The notes beneath the pieces are model-generated. The model did not search any database. It worked only from the letters and a program-made list of their open reading frames with translations, and was not told the origin of the DNA. A program made the position numbers and the translations under genes. Shown in pieces: positions 8,055-17,653 of a stretch of DNA of 64,000 nucleotides (its first letter is position 1; the number at the start of each line of letters is the position of its first letter). The DNA lies in the NCBI GenBank assembly GCA_963757335.1, contig CAVWRJ010000013.1, positions 471,803-535,802 of the forward strand, in the 5' to 3' direction. Source of the DNA: an uncultured Acidobacteriota bacterium. Lineage in GTDB: Bacteria > Acidobacteriota > Thermoanaerobaculia > Multivoradales > UBA5704.

Positions 8055-9281
8055 ATGCTCAAGACGGAACTGCTGGAAATCCTGCGCAACGGGGAGAGCT
8101 CAGGGGTCGAGTTCAAGCTCGACACGATCGACAACCGCGTCTTGGCCAAGGAGTTGGTCGCCTTTGCCAACTTTCAAGGCGGCGCCGTGCTTCTCGGCGT
8201 GGCGGATGATGGGACGGTCCGCGGTATCGAGCGGTCGAGGCTCGAAGAGTGGGTGATGACCGCTTGCCGCGACAAGGTCAGGCCAGAGCTCATTCCTTAC
8301 TTCGAGGTTCTCAAGGACGTCGAGCCCGGCAAGGACGTGGCCGTGGTACGGGTGGACCGTGGCTGGTCCGTGCATCATGTCTGGCACGATCATCACCGAA
8401 CGTATTACATCCGGGTGGGCACCCGGAGCACCGAGGCCAGTCAGGAGGAGCTCGAAAGACTTTTCCAGCAACGCGGCGGCTTCCGGGTGGAGCTGCGCCC
8501 CGTCTCCGGCTCCGGCCTGGACGACCTCGACCGACGACGTCTACGCGATTACTTCGAGCGTGTCCGGCAGCAGAAGGCTGCTGAAGAGGATGAGGAGTGG
8601 CGAGAGCTGCTCTTGAATACCGAGTTGCTCAGTGACGAAGGTCCGAATCGACCCTGTACCGTAGCGGCTCTCCTACTCTTTGGAAAGAACCCGAACCGAT
8701 TTCTGCCCCAGGCAGGAATCGACGCGGTCGCCTATCCGGGCCGCGAGAAAGATTATGCCGCAAGGGAGCGGGCGAGCCTGCGCGGCCCCCTCACGCCTTT
8801 CTTCGATGCACGAGCCGAGCTCGTGGAGAACGGGGTCGTCGAGGAGGCCGTCGCCTTCGTGCGGCGCAACACAGGAGTGAGCGCACGGCTGGAGGCGGGA
8901 GCAAGGAGAGTCGAGGTTCGCGACTATCCGGAGGACGCGGTTCGCGAAACGATTGTGAATGCCCTTGTCCATCGCGACTACCTGCTCTCCGCCACGGACG
9001 TCGAGCTCTCGATCTATGAGGACCGTCTCGAGGTCATCTCCCCAGGCCAGCTCCCGAATGGCATCAACCCCGAGCGGATGCGGACGGGCTGCCGGGCTGC
9101 CCGCAATCAACTGCTCAAGGACGTGATGCGAGATTATGGCTACCTCGAGCACATGGGGATGGGAGTGCCGCGCAAGATCGTCAAGTCGATGCGGGAGCAC
9201 AACGGCACGGAGCCGGACCTCGTCGAGGACGGCGAACGCTTCCTCGTGCGGTTGTGGAAGACACTTCCCGTATCGCCCTGA
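8055..9281 (+). CDS. COG2865-type ATP-binding protein: Schlafen-like AlbA_2 domain + HATPase_c_4 domain (often annotated RecG-like / putative transcriptional regulator)
   Basis: Start moved to ATG 8055 (MLKTELLEILRNGESSGVEFK); AlbA_2 motifs (LAKELVAFANFQGGAVLLGVADDG) and C-terminal HATPase-like block (ETIVNALVHRDY...EVISPGQLP). Confidence 0.7.
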   Translation: MLKTELLEILRNGESSGVEFKLDTIDNRVLAKELVAFANFQGGAVLLGVADDGTVRGIERSRLEEWVMTACRDKVRPELIPYFEVLKDVEPGKDVAVVRVDRGWSVHHVWHDHHRTYYIRVGTRSTEASQEELERLFQQRGGFRVELRPVSGSGLDDLDRRRLRDYFERVRQQKAAEEDEEWRELLLNTELLSDEGPNRPCTVAALLLFGKNPNRFLPQAGIDAVAYPGREKDYAARERASLRGPLTPFFDARAELVENGVVEEAVAFVRRNTGVSARLEAGARRVEVRDYPEDAVRETIVNALVHRDYLLSATDVELSIYEDRLEVISPGQLPNGINPERMRTGCRAARNQLLKDVMRDYGYLEHMGMGVPRKIVKSMREHNGTEPDLVEDGERFLVRLWKTLPVSP

Positions 9282-9364
9282 AGTCTCCGCCCAAAGGGAG
9301 CCTAAAAAAAACCGCCCCGGGAGGCCGAAGCCTCGCCGGGGCCGGTCGAGCTGACGTTTCTTCC

Positions 9365-11251
9365 TTACTGGCAGGTCGCGAACGTGCCGGTGTCGTTGAC
9401 CGAGGGCGCCGCCAGGCCGTAGGGGTTCGAGTAGGTCTTGACGAGACCGGTATGAGTGTCCGTCACCTCGACCGAGAAGCCGACGTTGGTCGTCGCGGCG
9501 TAGAAGACCCAGTAGCTGTTGAAGCCGCTGCAGGCGTCGAGCACCTTGACCAGCATCTCGGTGTTGTCGGCGCTGAAGAACCAGAAGGCGCCCGAGTTGG
9601 CGTTGAGCTTCGTCGTGTGGCCGGGGCCGGTCTGGCCGTCGCCGGTCCGCCAGGTGACCCGCACCCGGAAGCGGTCGCCCGCCGTGCAGAGAGTGGTGTC
9701 GTCGTCCGTGCAGGACGAGGTGTCGCCGTTCTTGTCGAGCAGGAAGAGGGTCGAGGTCTTGCCCTCGCCCAGGGTGGCACCGCTGGGGTTCTGAAGGGTC
9801 AGGCGGACAGTCCTGCCACTCCCCTTGGGGTTGGCGAAGGTGTGAACCTCGAAGGTCTTCGCGCCCTCCTGGTCGGGGCTCCAGGTCAGGGTACCGGTGG
9901 TCGCCGTATAGTCGGTCCCGGCGAGCCCGCTGCCGTCGCTCGTCGTGTACTGGACCGAAGCGGCGCCGGCGTGGCCCGCGCTGCGCTCGACCGTGATCGT
10001 CGCGGTGTCGCCCGCGACCACCTGGAACGAGTCGGCCTCGAACTTGATCGTGCCGGGGTTGCCGCCCGGGCCGCCCGGCGGGCCGGGGGGATGGTCCTCG
10101 TGGCCCGGGCCGCCGATCGAGAGGAGCGCCACCCTGTGCTCCTGGGCGATCGTGGCGCCGCCCTGCGGGTTGGCGACGAGGAGCTTGACGGTGCCCGCGC
10201 CGTTGGGGAGGAGGGGCACGAAGAAGGTCTTCGTGCTCTCGTCGCCGGCCGCCCAGCTGAGGATGCCGGAGGTAGGAGAGTAGTCCTTGCCCGCCAGCGC
10301 CGTGCCGTCGATCGTCGTGTAGCCGACCGCGACCGCTCCAGCCGCGCTGCCCGAGCGCTCGACCGTGATCACCGCCTCGCCGGCCGAGGAGACGGCGACA
10401 TAGTCGTTTTCGTCGAAGCCGAGAACGCCCGCCCCACCGCCGCCACCGTCCCCGCCACCGCTCCCGGCGGGAAGGACGAGGATCGCCGTACCGCGGGTGG
10501 CGAAGATGGTGGCGCCGCCGGTCGGGTTGGCGAGGGCGAGCTGGATGGTCCGGCCGCCGCTCGTGGGCGACGGGAGGAGAGTGACGTTGAAGGTCTTGGC
10601 CGCGACATCACCGTTGACCCAGGAGAGGGTTCCCGAGGTGGGGACGAAATCGACTCCCGCCACCGCCGTACCGGCGGTCGCGCTGTAGCCGACGGTCACC
10701 GCGCCCGTCCCGCCCTCCGTCCGCTCGACATTCACGGTGACCACCGTCGTGCCCGCCGGAATCGTGAAGCTCGGCTCGTCGAAGCGAAAAACGCCGGGAT
10801 GGCTGTCGCCACCGCCACCGCCGCCGCTCCCCCCGGGGAGGACGAGGGTCGCCGTACCGCGGGTGGCGAAGATCGTGGCGCCACCGGTCGGATCAAAGAG
10901 CGCGAGTTGGATGGTCTTGCCGGCGCTTCCGGAGGGCGGCAACAGGGTGACGTTGAAAGTCTGGGTCGCCTGGTCCCCGTTGGCCCAGGAGAGAATGCCG
11001 GACGTGGGGACGAAGTCGGTGCCCGCCACCGCCGTGCCGGCGGTCGCGCGGTAGCCGACCGAGACCGCGCCGGTGCCGCCGCTCGAACGCTCGACCCGGA
11101 CGGTCACGACCGTGGTGCCCGCCGGGATGGTGAAGCTCGGTTCGTCGAACCGGAAGACACCGGGGCCGCTGTCCGTCGCCTGGGCCCGGCCGGCGAACGC
11201 CGGCAGGAGCAGGAAGGTCGCCATCGCCAGGATGGCCTTCAGGGTTCTCAT
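9365..11251 (-). CDS. Secreted protein with four Calx-beta domains and a conserved ~105-aa Cys-containing C-terminal domain (shared with 21155..22264 and 39127..40041)
   Basis: AGGAGG RBS 7 nt upstream of ATG 11251; signal peptide; 4 repeats with Calx-beta signature (AVxVGYxTxDGTAxAGxDY...GxLxW); C-terminal FWFF...NTEMLVKVLDAC...TDTHTGLVKTY domain. Confidence 0.8.
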   Translation of the reverse strand: MRTLKAILAMATFLLLPAFAGRAQATDSGPGVFRFDEPSFTIPAGTTVVTVRVERSSGGTGAVSVGYRATAGTAVAGTDFVPTSGILSWANGDQATQTFNVTLLPPSGSAGKTIQLALFDPTGGATIFATRGTATLVLPGGSGGGGGGDSHPGVFRFDEPSFTIPAGTTVVTVNVERTEGGTGAVTVGYSATAGTAVAGVDFVPTSGTLSWVNGDVAAKTFNVTLLPSPTSGGRTIQLALANPTGGATIFATRGTAILVLPAGSGGGDGGGGGAGVLGFDENDYVAVSSAGEAVITVERSGSAAGAVAVGYTTIDGTALAGKDYSPTSGILSWAAGDESTKTFFVPLLPNGAGTVKLLVANPQGGATIAQEHRVALLSIGGPGHEDHPPGPPGGPGGNPGTIKFEADSFQVVAGDTATITVERSAGHAGAASVQYTTSDGSGLAGTDYTATTGTLTWSPDQEGAKTFEVHTFANPKGSGRTVRLTLQNPSGATLGEGKTSTLFLLDKNGDTSSCTDDDTTLCTAGDRFRVRVTWRTGDGQTGPGHTTKLNANSGAFWFFSADNTEMLVKVLDACSGFNSYWVFYAATTNVGFSVEVTDTHTGLVKTYSNPYGLAAPSVNDTGTFATCQ

Positions 11252-11336
11252 CGTAAGCCTCCTCTTAAAGAAAGTCGTCTGACTGAATTGGCGTCAGGAT
11301 AGAGGGGGCTGGATGAACGGAAGATGAAGACCGCGT

Positions 11337-13196
11337 TCAGGGAGCGTCCAGGGCCTCGCGGACCTTCTTGAACAGGGCTTCGGCGGCGAAGGGCTTGCCG
11401 AGGAAGTTGACCCCGGGCTGGAGCAGGCCGTGGTAGTGGATGACGCTCTCGCTGTAGCCGGAGACGAAGACCACCGGGATCGCTCCCAGGCGGGCGCGGA
11501 CGCGCTCGGCGATCTCGGGGCCGGAGAGGCCGGGCATTACAACATCGGTCAAGAGGAGGTCGAAGGCCCGGCCGGCGCGCTCGACGGCGGCGAGCGCCTG
11601 GGTGCCGTCGGCCGCCACGGTCACCTCGTACCCTACCGATTCGAGGAGCCCGAGGGTCGACTCGCGGACCTCGGCGTTATCCTCGACGAGGAGGATGCGC
11701 TCGTCGCCGCCTAAAGCGGGAGCCGGTGTGCGGGTCTCCAGGACGACCCGGGGGAGCGCCTCCTTCGAGACCGGCAGATAGACCCGGAAGGTCGTCCCCT
11801 GGCCCGCTGCGCTCTCGGCCCAGACGTTGCCGCCGTTCTGCTTGACGATGCCGTAGATCGTGGCGAGCCCGAGGCCGCTGTTGCCGGCCCCCTCCTTGGT
11901 GGTGAAGAAGGGCTCGAAGATCTTGTCTGCTATCTCGGCGGGGATGCCCACCCCGGTGTCGGAGACCGAGAGGAGGACATAGTCGCCGGGGGTGGTCACC
12001 GGCCGGCGCTCGCGGTCGGCCTCGGCGAAGGAGCGGTTGCCGGTCTCAATCGCCAGGCTCCCTCCGTCCGGCATGGCGTCGCGGGCGTTGACGACCAGAT
12101 TGATCAGGATCTGCTCGATCTGCGCCGGGTCCATCTTGACGTTCCAGAGCTCCGGGGCGAGCTGGGAGCTGAGGGCGATCCTCTCCCCCAGGTGCTGGCG
12201 GACGATCTTCTCCAGCCCGAGGACGAGCGGATTCAGGTTGACCACCTCGGGATGGATCGGCTGCCGGCGGCTGAAGGCGAGGAGGCGGCCGATGAGCGTC
12301 GAGGCGCGGTTGACCGAGCCGATGACGAGCCCCATCTTATCGGCCACCCGCTCGGGCGGCTGGGGCTTCCTCTGCACCAGCTCGCACTGGGAGCGGATCG
12401 CCGCGAGATAGTTGTTGATGTCGTGCGCCAGGCCGCCGGCGAGCCGGCCCACCGCCTCCATCTTCTGGGCCTGGACAAGGTGCAGCTCGCGGTCTCGGAG
12501 GACCCCCTCGGCGCGCTGCCGCCGTGCCTCGAAGCGGCGGAAACCGAGGAAGGCGAGGACGACGATGCCGAGCCAGCCGGCGACGATGGCGCGCGAGTAG
12601 ATCCGGAAGAGCCCGAGCCGATGGGCGAGTCGCCCCTCGGCCGCGGCGCGGAGAGCGGCCACCGCCACCACCAGGCGCCTGAAGGTGCGGTCGTCCTCGG
12701 CGTTCCCCTCGGAGCCCGGGCCCACCGCCTCGCCGCTCTCGGCGCTCTCATAGCTGGCCTGCCGCTTGAGGATCGACTCGGCGTAGGTCTGGAGGTCGCG
12801 CTCGATCGCCGCCGCCCGGGCGCGGAGAACCGGGTCGTCCGACGGCCGCAGCTGCCAGGGCCCCTCGATCCATGGCGGTTCGGCGGCATCGGCCAGCACG
12901 GCATGGACGAGGGCGAGCGAGTGCTCGACGCCCTGCCAGATCTCCTGCTGGGGGATCGCCCGATCCCCTCCGACATAGCGCTCCAGGGCGAGGTGGGAGG
13001 CGGCGAGTCCGGCCTCGATCTCCGCGGCGGCGCGGACGAGGGCGAAATCCTCGGAGAGATGCCGCTCCCGTTGCGCGTCGCCACCCAAGAGAAGGAGGGT
13101 CGAGACGAGCCCGAGCCCAAGGAGGGCGAAAGCCGTCCAGCTCCCCGCCGGGCGGGGGGGCTGGAGCAGCGGCCGTGGGCCGGAGCTGGTGGTCAC
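11337..13196 (-). CDS. Hybrid sensor histidine kinase / response regulator (TM sensor, HisKA, HATPase_c, C-terminal REC)
   Basis: H-box HDINNYL, N/G boxes, receiver domain with LLVEDNAEV...DVVMPGLSG; 619 aa. Confidence 0.85.
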   Translation of the reverse strand: MTTSSGPRPLLQPPRPAGSWTAFALLGLGLVSTLLLLGGDAQRERHLSEDFALVRAAAEIEAGLAASHLALERYVGGDRAIPQQEIWQGVEHSLALVHAVLADAAEPPWIEGPWQLRPSDDPVLRARAAAIERDLQTYAESILKRQASYESAESGEAVGPGSEGNAEDDRTFRRLVVAVAALRAAAEGRLAHRLGLFRIYSRAIVAGWLGIVVLAFLGFRRFEARRQRAEGVLRDRELHLVQAQKMEAVGRLAGGLAHDINNYLAAIRSQCELVQRKPQPPERVADKMGLVIGSVNRASTLIGRLLAFSRRQPIHPEVVNLNPLVLGLEKIVRQHLGERIALSSQLAPELWNVKMDPAQIEQILINLVVNARDAMPDGGSLAIETGNRSFAEADRERRPVTTPGDYVLLSVSDTGVGIPAEIADKIFEPFFTTKEGAGNSGLGLATIYGIVKQNGGNVWAESAAGQGTTFRVYLPVSKEALPRVVLETRTPAPALGGDERILLVEDNAEVRESTLGLLESVGYEVTVAADGTQALAAVERAGRAFDLLLTDVVMPGLSGPEIAERVRARLGAIPVVFVSGYSESVIHYHGLLQPGVNFLGKPFAAEALFKKVREALDAP

Positions 13197-13870
13197 TCGC
13201 GGCGGTCCCGGAGCCGGTAGCCGACCCCCTTCAACGTCTGCAGCAGCTTCTCCTCGCGGTCGCCGTCGATCTTCCGGCGCAGGCGGTAGAGGATGACGTC
13301 GACGACGTTGCTCATGGCGTCGAAAGAGTCGTCCCAGACGTGCTCGGCGAGCTCGGTGCGGCTCACCACCTGCCCTTTTTTCGCGAGGAGGTATTCGAGG
13401 ACGGCGAACTCCTTGGGCGAGAGCTCGATCGGCTCTCCAGCCACCCGCACGGCGTGGGCCCCGCGGTCCATCTCGACGTCGGCAGCCGAGAGGGAGGCGA
13501 CGAGCGGCCGGACCCGCCGGCGGAGCAGGCTCCGGGAGCGGGCGAGCAGCTCGTCGAAGGCGAAAGGCTTGGTCAGATAGTCGTCGGCCCCGGTGTCGAG
13601 ACCGCCCACCCGGTCGGCGAGGTCGGCCCGGCCGGTCAACATGAGCACCGGGGTATCGTTCCCCGCCGCCCGCCAGCGGCGCAGCAGCTCGATTCCCGAC
13701 GGCGCTGGGAGGGTCCAGTCGAGGATGACCAGGTCGTAGGCGTTGATCGCCATCTGCTCCTCGGCCTCGGTCCCCCGCCGCGCCAGGTCGACGGCATATG
13801 ACTCGTCGCGCAACCCCTCGACCAGGGCGTCGGCCAGCACCTCCTCGTCCTCGACGACCAGGATCCGCAT
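13193..13870 (-). CDS. OmpR-family response regulator (REC + winged-helix DNA-binding)
   Basis: MRILVVEDEEVLAD...DLVILDWTLP...LTKPFAFDEL...winged helix; 4-nt ATGA overlap with downstream HK. Confidence 0.85.
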   Translation of the reverse strand: MRILVVEDEEVLADALVEGLRDESYAVDLARRGTEAEEQMAINAYDLVILDWTLPAPSGIELLRRWRAAGNDTPVLMLTGRADLADRVGGLDTGADDYLTKPFAFDELLARSRSLLRRRVRPLVASLSAADVEMDRGAHAVRVAGEPIELSPKEFAVLEYLLAKKGQVVSRTELAEHVWDDSFDAMSNVVDVILYRLRRKIDGDREEKLLQTLKGVGYRLRDRRE

Positions 13871-13920
13871 GATTCGGGCTCTCCAGTAAGAGCCCTCATT
13901 CTACAGGTAGGACTTCCCGA

Positions 13921-14388
13921 TCAATTGACGGGCAAATCGTCTTCCGGCGCCAGCGGCCCGGGCTCCGACGCCGGCCAGAGCCGCACGGCTCGCTTCCGGG
14001 TGACGGTGAGCTCCGCGCCCTCCACCCACTCGCCGCCCATCATCACGAGCTGGTCGCCGAAGCGGGCAGAGTGGTACTCGGCCTCGCTCGGGGAGCGCTC
14101 GGTCCAGTACCAGCTCGCGAAGTCCTCCCAGCCGGTGGACTTAAAGAGCCGCTTGATCTCGCCCGTCTCAGGGTCCACGAACTTCAGGTCGACGTCCTGG
14201 CCGAGGAAGTTGCCGCCGAGCTCCAGGGCTTCGGCGACCTGGCGGTCGCCGAAGACGACCAGATCCCAGTCGTCCCCCGCCACAGCTTTCTCGTTGGCCC
14301 GGGAGCCGCAGAGCCAGATCGACGAGATCGCGCCAAATCTCGCCACGAGTTGCTGAAGGTTTTTCTCGATTTGGGGTTCGACGATCAT
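13921..14388 (-). CDS. Small Pol-beta-superfamily nucleotidyltransferase (Lnu/ANT-like size and motif spacing)
   Basis: ATG 14386-14388 preceded by AAAGGA RBS (longer TTG-initiated ORF to 14406 lacks good RBS); NTase motif [11 protein letters not shown]...[10 protein letters not shown]. Confidence 0.5.
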   Translation of the reverse strand: MIVEPQIEKNLQQLVARFGAISSIWLCGSRANEKAVAGDDWDLVVFGDRQVAEALELGGNFLGQDVDLKFVDPETGEIKRLFKSTGWEDFASWYWTERSPSEAEYHSARFGDQLVMMGGEWVEGAELTVTRKRAVRLWPASEPGPLAPEDDLPVN

Positions 14389-14428
14389 CGCCAAGTCCTT
14401 TGACAACCGGACTATACATCGAAGCCAC

Positions 14429-17400
14429 CTATCCCGCCGCGGCCACCTTGGCCACTTCGGCCACCTCGGCGAGCGCGTCCGTGAGAACGGAGAGAAAAAG
14501 ATCGCAGTGCTCGTCCTTCAAGGCGATCGGCGGTTTCATCTTGAGGACGTTGTGGTGCGGGCCCTCGGTCGCGAGGAGGACCCCGCGCCGCCGGGCGGCC
14601 TCCAGGGTGATCGCCGCCTCCCGCGGCGCCGGCTCCCGGGTCTCCCGATCGCGGACCAGCTCGACGCCGAGGAAGAGCCCGAGCCCGCGGACATCGCCGA
14701 TCAGCGGCTGGCGCTGCTGAAGCTCGCGGAGATCGGCCAGGAGGCGCCGGCCTATCCGCTCGGCATTCTGCTGCAGGCGTTCGTCGCGGATCACGTCGAG
14801 CACGGCGAGGCCGATCGCCGCCGAGACCGGGTTGCCGCCGAAGGTGTTGAAGTACTCCATACCGTTATGGAACGAGGCCGCGATCTCCGGCGTAGTCACC
14901 ACCGCCGCCAGCGGATGCCCGTTGCCCAGCGGCTTCCCGAGGGTGACGATGTCGGGTACCACCCCCTGGGTCTCGAAGGCCCACAGGTGGCTCCCTGCTC
15001 GGCCGAGCCCCACCTGCACCTCGTCGGCGATACACACCCCGCCCGCCGCCCGCACCCCTTCGTAGGCCGCGGCGAGGTAGCCGGGGGGGAGGACGATGTG
15101 TCCCCCACAGCTGTGGATCGACTCGGCATAGAAGGCGGCCAGGCGGGAGCCTCGGGTCTGGATGTCCGCGATCCGCTCGCCCACCGACCCGGCGTAGAGC
15201 CGGCCGAGGCCGGGGCCGTCCGGATCGTCGCTCCGGAAACGCCCGCGGTAGCCGTCCGGCAGCTCGCAGACCTGGACGTGCTCCGGTCGCCCCTGGCCGC
15301 CGGGGCCGTTGAGCTTGTAGGGGGAGAGCTCGACCAACGAGGTCAGGTTGCCGTGGTAGGCGTGGTCGACGACCAGGACGTCACGGCCCCCGGTGTGAGT
15401 GCGGGCGAGGCGGAGGGCGAGGTCGTTCGCCTCGCTCCCGGAGTTGACGAGGAAGCAGACGCTCAAGGGCTCGGGGAAGGTCGCCGTCAGACGCCGGACG
15501 TAGCGGACGACCGCGTCGTGGAGGTAGCGGGTGTTGGTGTTCAAGCGCCCCATCTGCTCCCGGCCGGCCGCCACCACCCGGGAATGGCAGTGGCCGACGT
15601 GGCAGACGTTGTTGACCATGTCGAGGTAGGCCCGGCCGCTCTCGTCGTAGAGGAACTGTCCCTCTCCCCGGACGAGCTTGAGCGGCTCGGCGTAGGAGAG
15701 GCTGAGCGAGCGCCCGAGATGGAGCTGGCGCTGGCGCTTCAAGTAGGCCGGCTCGCGCGGCGGCGGCTCTGCCGAAGCCCCCTCCGGCAACCCGAGGACG
15801 AGGTTGGGGTCCGGGCTCACGCTCTCCCAGACATCTAAGGTACTCGGCGGGGCGACGCCGTAGATCCCGCACCCCTCGTCCAGGGTATGGGTGAGGAGCT
15901 GGAGGTGGAGGTGGGGGGGCCAGCCGCCGTTCTCGGCGGCGCTCCCGATCTGGCCCACGAGCGCCCCAGCTTCCAGCCGCTCCCCGGCGGCGAGCCGGCC
16001 GAGGACCTCCCGGTCGAGATGGCCGTAGAGGGTCCAGAACGGTATTCTCCTGTTCGGCGCTGGCTCCAGGTCCCTCTCTGTCGCATGCGCGAGGAGGACG
16101 ACGGGCCCATAGTCGCCGGGGCCGCGGTCCTCGATCGCCGCGACCGTACCGGCGAGCGCTGCGCAGACCGGCTCCCCCGGTTCGGCGTAAACGTCCACCC
16201 CTAAATGCACGTCGCGCTGCTCGCCGGTCGCCAGGGCGAACTGGGAGCCGCGGTTGATCGGCCGGCGCTCCAGGTAGCGGCCGATCCCGAAGCGCGCCCC
16301 GCTCTCCTGCATTTGCCCGAAGACATAGCCGGTGAGCGCGGAGAGATCGCCGGGATCGACCCCCGCCGCCGCCACCGCCGCCTCTCCCAGGTCGACCCGC
16401 ACCCGCGGCGCGGACTTGAGGCCGGGGACGACCGGGGCGAAACCGCCGCTGTGCGCCGCGATCCAGCCGACGATCCGGTGGGCCTCGGGGCTGGGCTCGC
16501 GGCCGCAGGCGTCCCGCAGGGTGAAATGGGCGAGGTGGGTGTTGACCGCGGCGAGGCGCGCCAGGAGAGCCCACACCCCCTCCTGGCTGATCAGGAGGTA
16601 GTCGTTGCCCGGGGCTTCTGAGTGCTGCCAGGCGGCCATGACGATGCTCATGGCGAGCCGGGTGAGGATGAGCTCCCAAAGGAGGGCGAGCTCGACCCCG
16701 GTCAACCGGAGGACGTCGTCGTAGGCGTTGACGAGCGGGAGGATGGATTCTAGGGGCCGGTCCTGGCCGAGCATGGCATAGGCGCACGCTACGGCGAGGT
16801 TCGAGATCCGCGGGCCATGGATCATGTCGCCGAAGTCGATGATCCCGGAGACCCGGCCGTCCTCGCCGATGAGCACGTTGTGGTCGGAGGCGTCGCCATG
16901 GATCACCTGCGCCGGGCAGCCGGCGAGCCGGGGGAGGATCGCCGCCGCGAAGCGTCCCAGGACCCGGCCGGCGAGCTCTCGGCGGGCGGAATCGGCGACG
17001 AGCGGCAGCCGGGGCAGGAGATCGCCGGCGGTCTGCATCGCCCAGCGGTGCGGCCGCCGCATGCGGGGGTGCTCGAAACCCGCGAAGGCGCGGTCCATCC
17101 GGGCGAGGAAGCGGCCGAGGGAGGCGAAGGTGGCGGCGGCGGTGGGACTCGCGCCACTCGCGTTGGGGTGCCTCCCCCAGGGCCACCCTGGGAGCCAGGT
17201 GAGGAGGCGCACCGGCCGCTCGGCGCCGTCCCCCGTCGCCACTGTCACCTTGGCGATCGACTCGCCATCCGCTGCCAGGACCGGACGGGGAACGGGGAGA
17301 GATGGATCGCGGCTCGCCAGGTGCAGCAGCGCCCGGTTCTGGAAGTCGAGCTCCCCAAGGTCCGCCATCGGCGCCATCGGCGCCATCGGCGGATGAACCT

Positions 17401-17569
17401 TGAGGACGTAGAGCTCCCCGTCTCTCGTCGCTACCCGGAAGTTATGGTCGTGCTCCCCGGGGAGGGGGAGGACCTCGACTCCCTCGCTCGCGATGCCGTA
17501 GAGCCGGGCGAGGATCTCGCGGGCGGCCTCTGGGGTCACCGGGGCCGCTGTCGTGGGCAGGGTAGTCAT
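14429..17569 (-). CDS. Tri-domain fusion: APH/homoserine-kinase-II-type phosphotransferase + M23-peptidase-like domain + class III (PLP) aminotransferase; candidate amino-alcohol kinase / phospho-lyase
   Basis: 1046-aa ORF; N-term kinase motifs ([19 protein letters not shown]); mid region M23-like ([14 protein letters not shown]...FWTLYGHLD); C-term class III aminotransferase (GNGHPLAAV..., KPPIALK lysine region). Confidence 0.8.
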   Translation of the reverse strand: MTTLPTTAAPVTPEAAREILARLYGIASEGVEVLPLPGEHDHNFRVATRDGELYVLKVHPPMAPMAPMADLGELDFQNRALLHLASRDPSLPVPRPVLAADGESIAKVTVATGDGAERPVRLLTWLPGWPWGRHPNASGASPTAAATFASLGRFLARMDRAFAGFEHPRMRRPHRWAMQTAGDLLPRLPLVADSARRELAGRVLGRFAAAILPRLAGCPAQVIHGDASDHNVLIGEDGRVSGIIDFGDMIHGPRISNLAVACAYAMLGQDRPLESILPLVNAYDDVLRLTGVELALLWELILTRLAMSIVMAAWQHSEAPGNDYLLISQEGVWALLARLAAVNTHLAHFTLRDACGREPSPEAHRIVGWIAAHSGGFAPVVPGLKSAPRVRVDLGEAAVAAAGVDPGDLSALTGYVFGQMQESGARFGIGRYLERRPINRGSQFALATGEQRDVHLGVDVYAEPGEPVCAALAGTVAAIEDRGPGDYGPVVLLAHATERDLEPAPNRRIPFWTLYGHLDREVLGRLAAGERLEAGALVGQIGSAAENGGWPPHLHLQLLTHTLDEGCGIYGVAPPSTLDVWESVSPDPNLVLGLPEGASAEPPPREPAYLKRQRQLHLGRSLSLSYAEPLKLVRGEGQFLYDESGRAYLDMVNNVCHVGHCHSRVVAAGREQMGRLNTNTRYLHDAVVRYVRRLTATFPEPLSVCFLVNSGSEANDLALRLARTHTGGRDVLVVDHAYHGNLTSLVELSPYKLNGPGGQGRPEHVQVCELPDGYRGRFRSDDPDGPGLGRLYAGSVGERIADIQTRGSRLAAFYAESIHSCGGHIVLPPGYLAAAYEGVRAAGGVCIADEVQVGLGRAGSHLWAFETQGVVPDIVTLGKPLGNGHPLAAVVTTPEIAASFHNGMEYFNTFGGNPVSAAIGLAVLDVIRDERLQQNAERIGRRLLADLRELQQRQPLIGDVRGLGLFLGVELVRDRETREPAPREAAITLEAARRRGVLLATEGPHHNVLKMKPPIALKDEHCDLFLSVLTDALAEVAEVAKVAAAG

Positions 17570-17653
17570 GGAAAGGGTGCTCCAGGGAGTGGGGTGCCGG
17601 GGGGCATTCTATGCCATGCCATAATCGCCTTCGTTACCCCGACTGGAGCACCC

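Noticed and set aside
16817-17653. N-terminal 279-aa extension of the Ser/Thr kinase ORF (16817..21139)
   Set aside because: The extension is antisense to the 14429..17569 gene and low-complexity; the kinase domain begins right after ATG 17654 (MAVHEAS...), which has an upstream GGAG.
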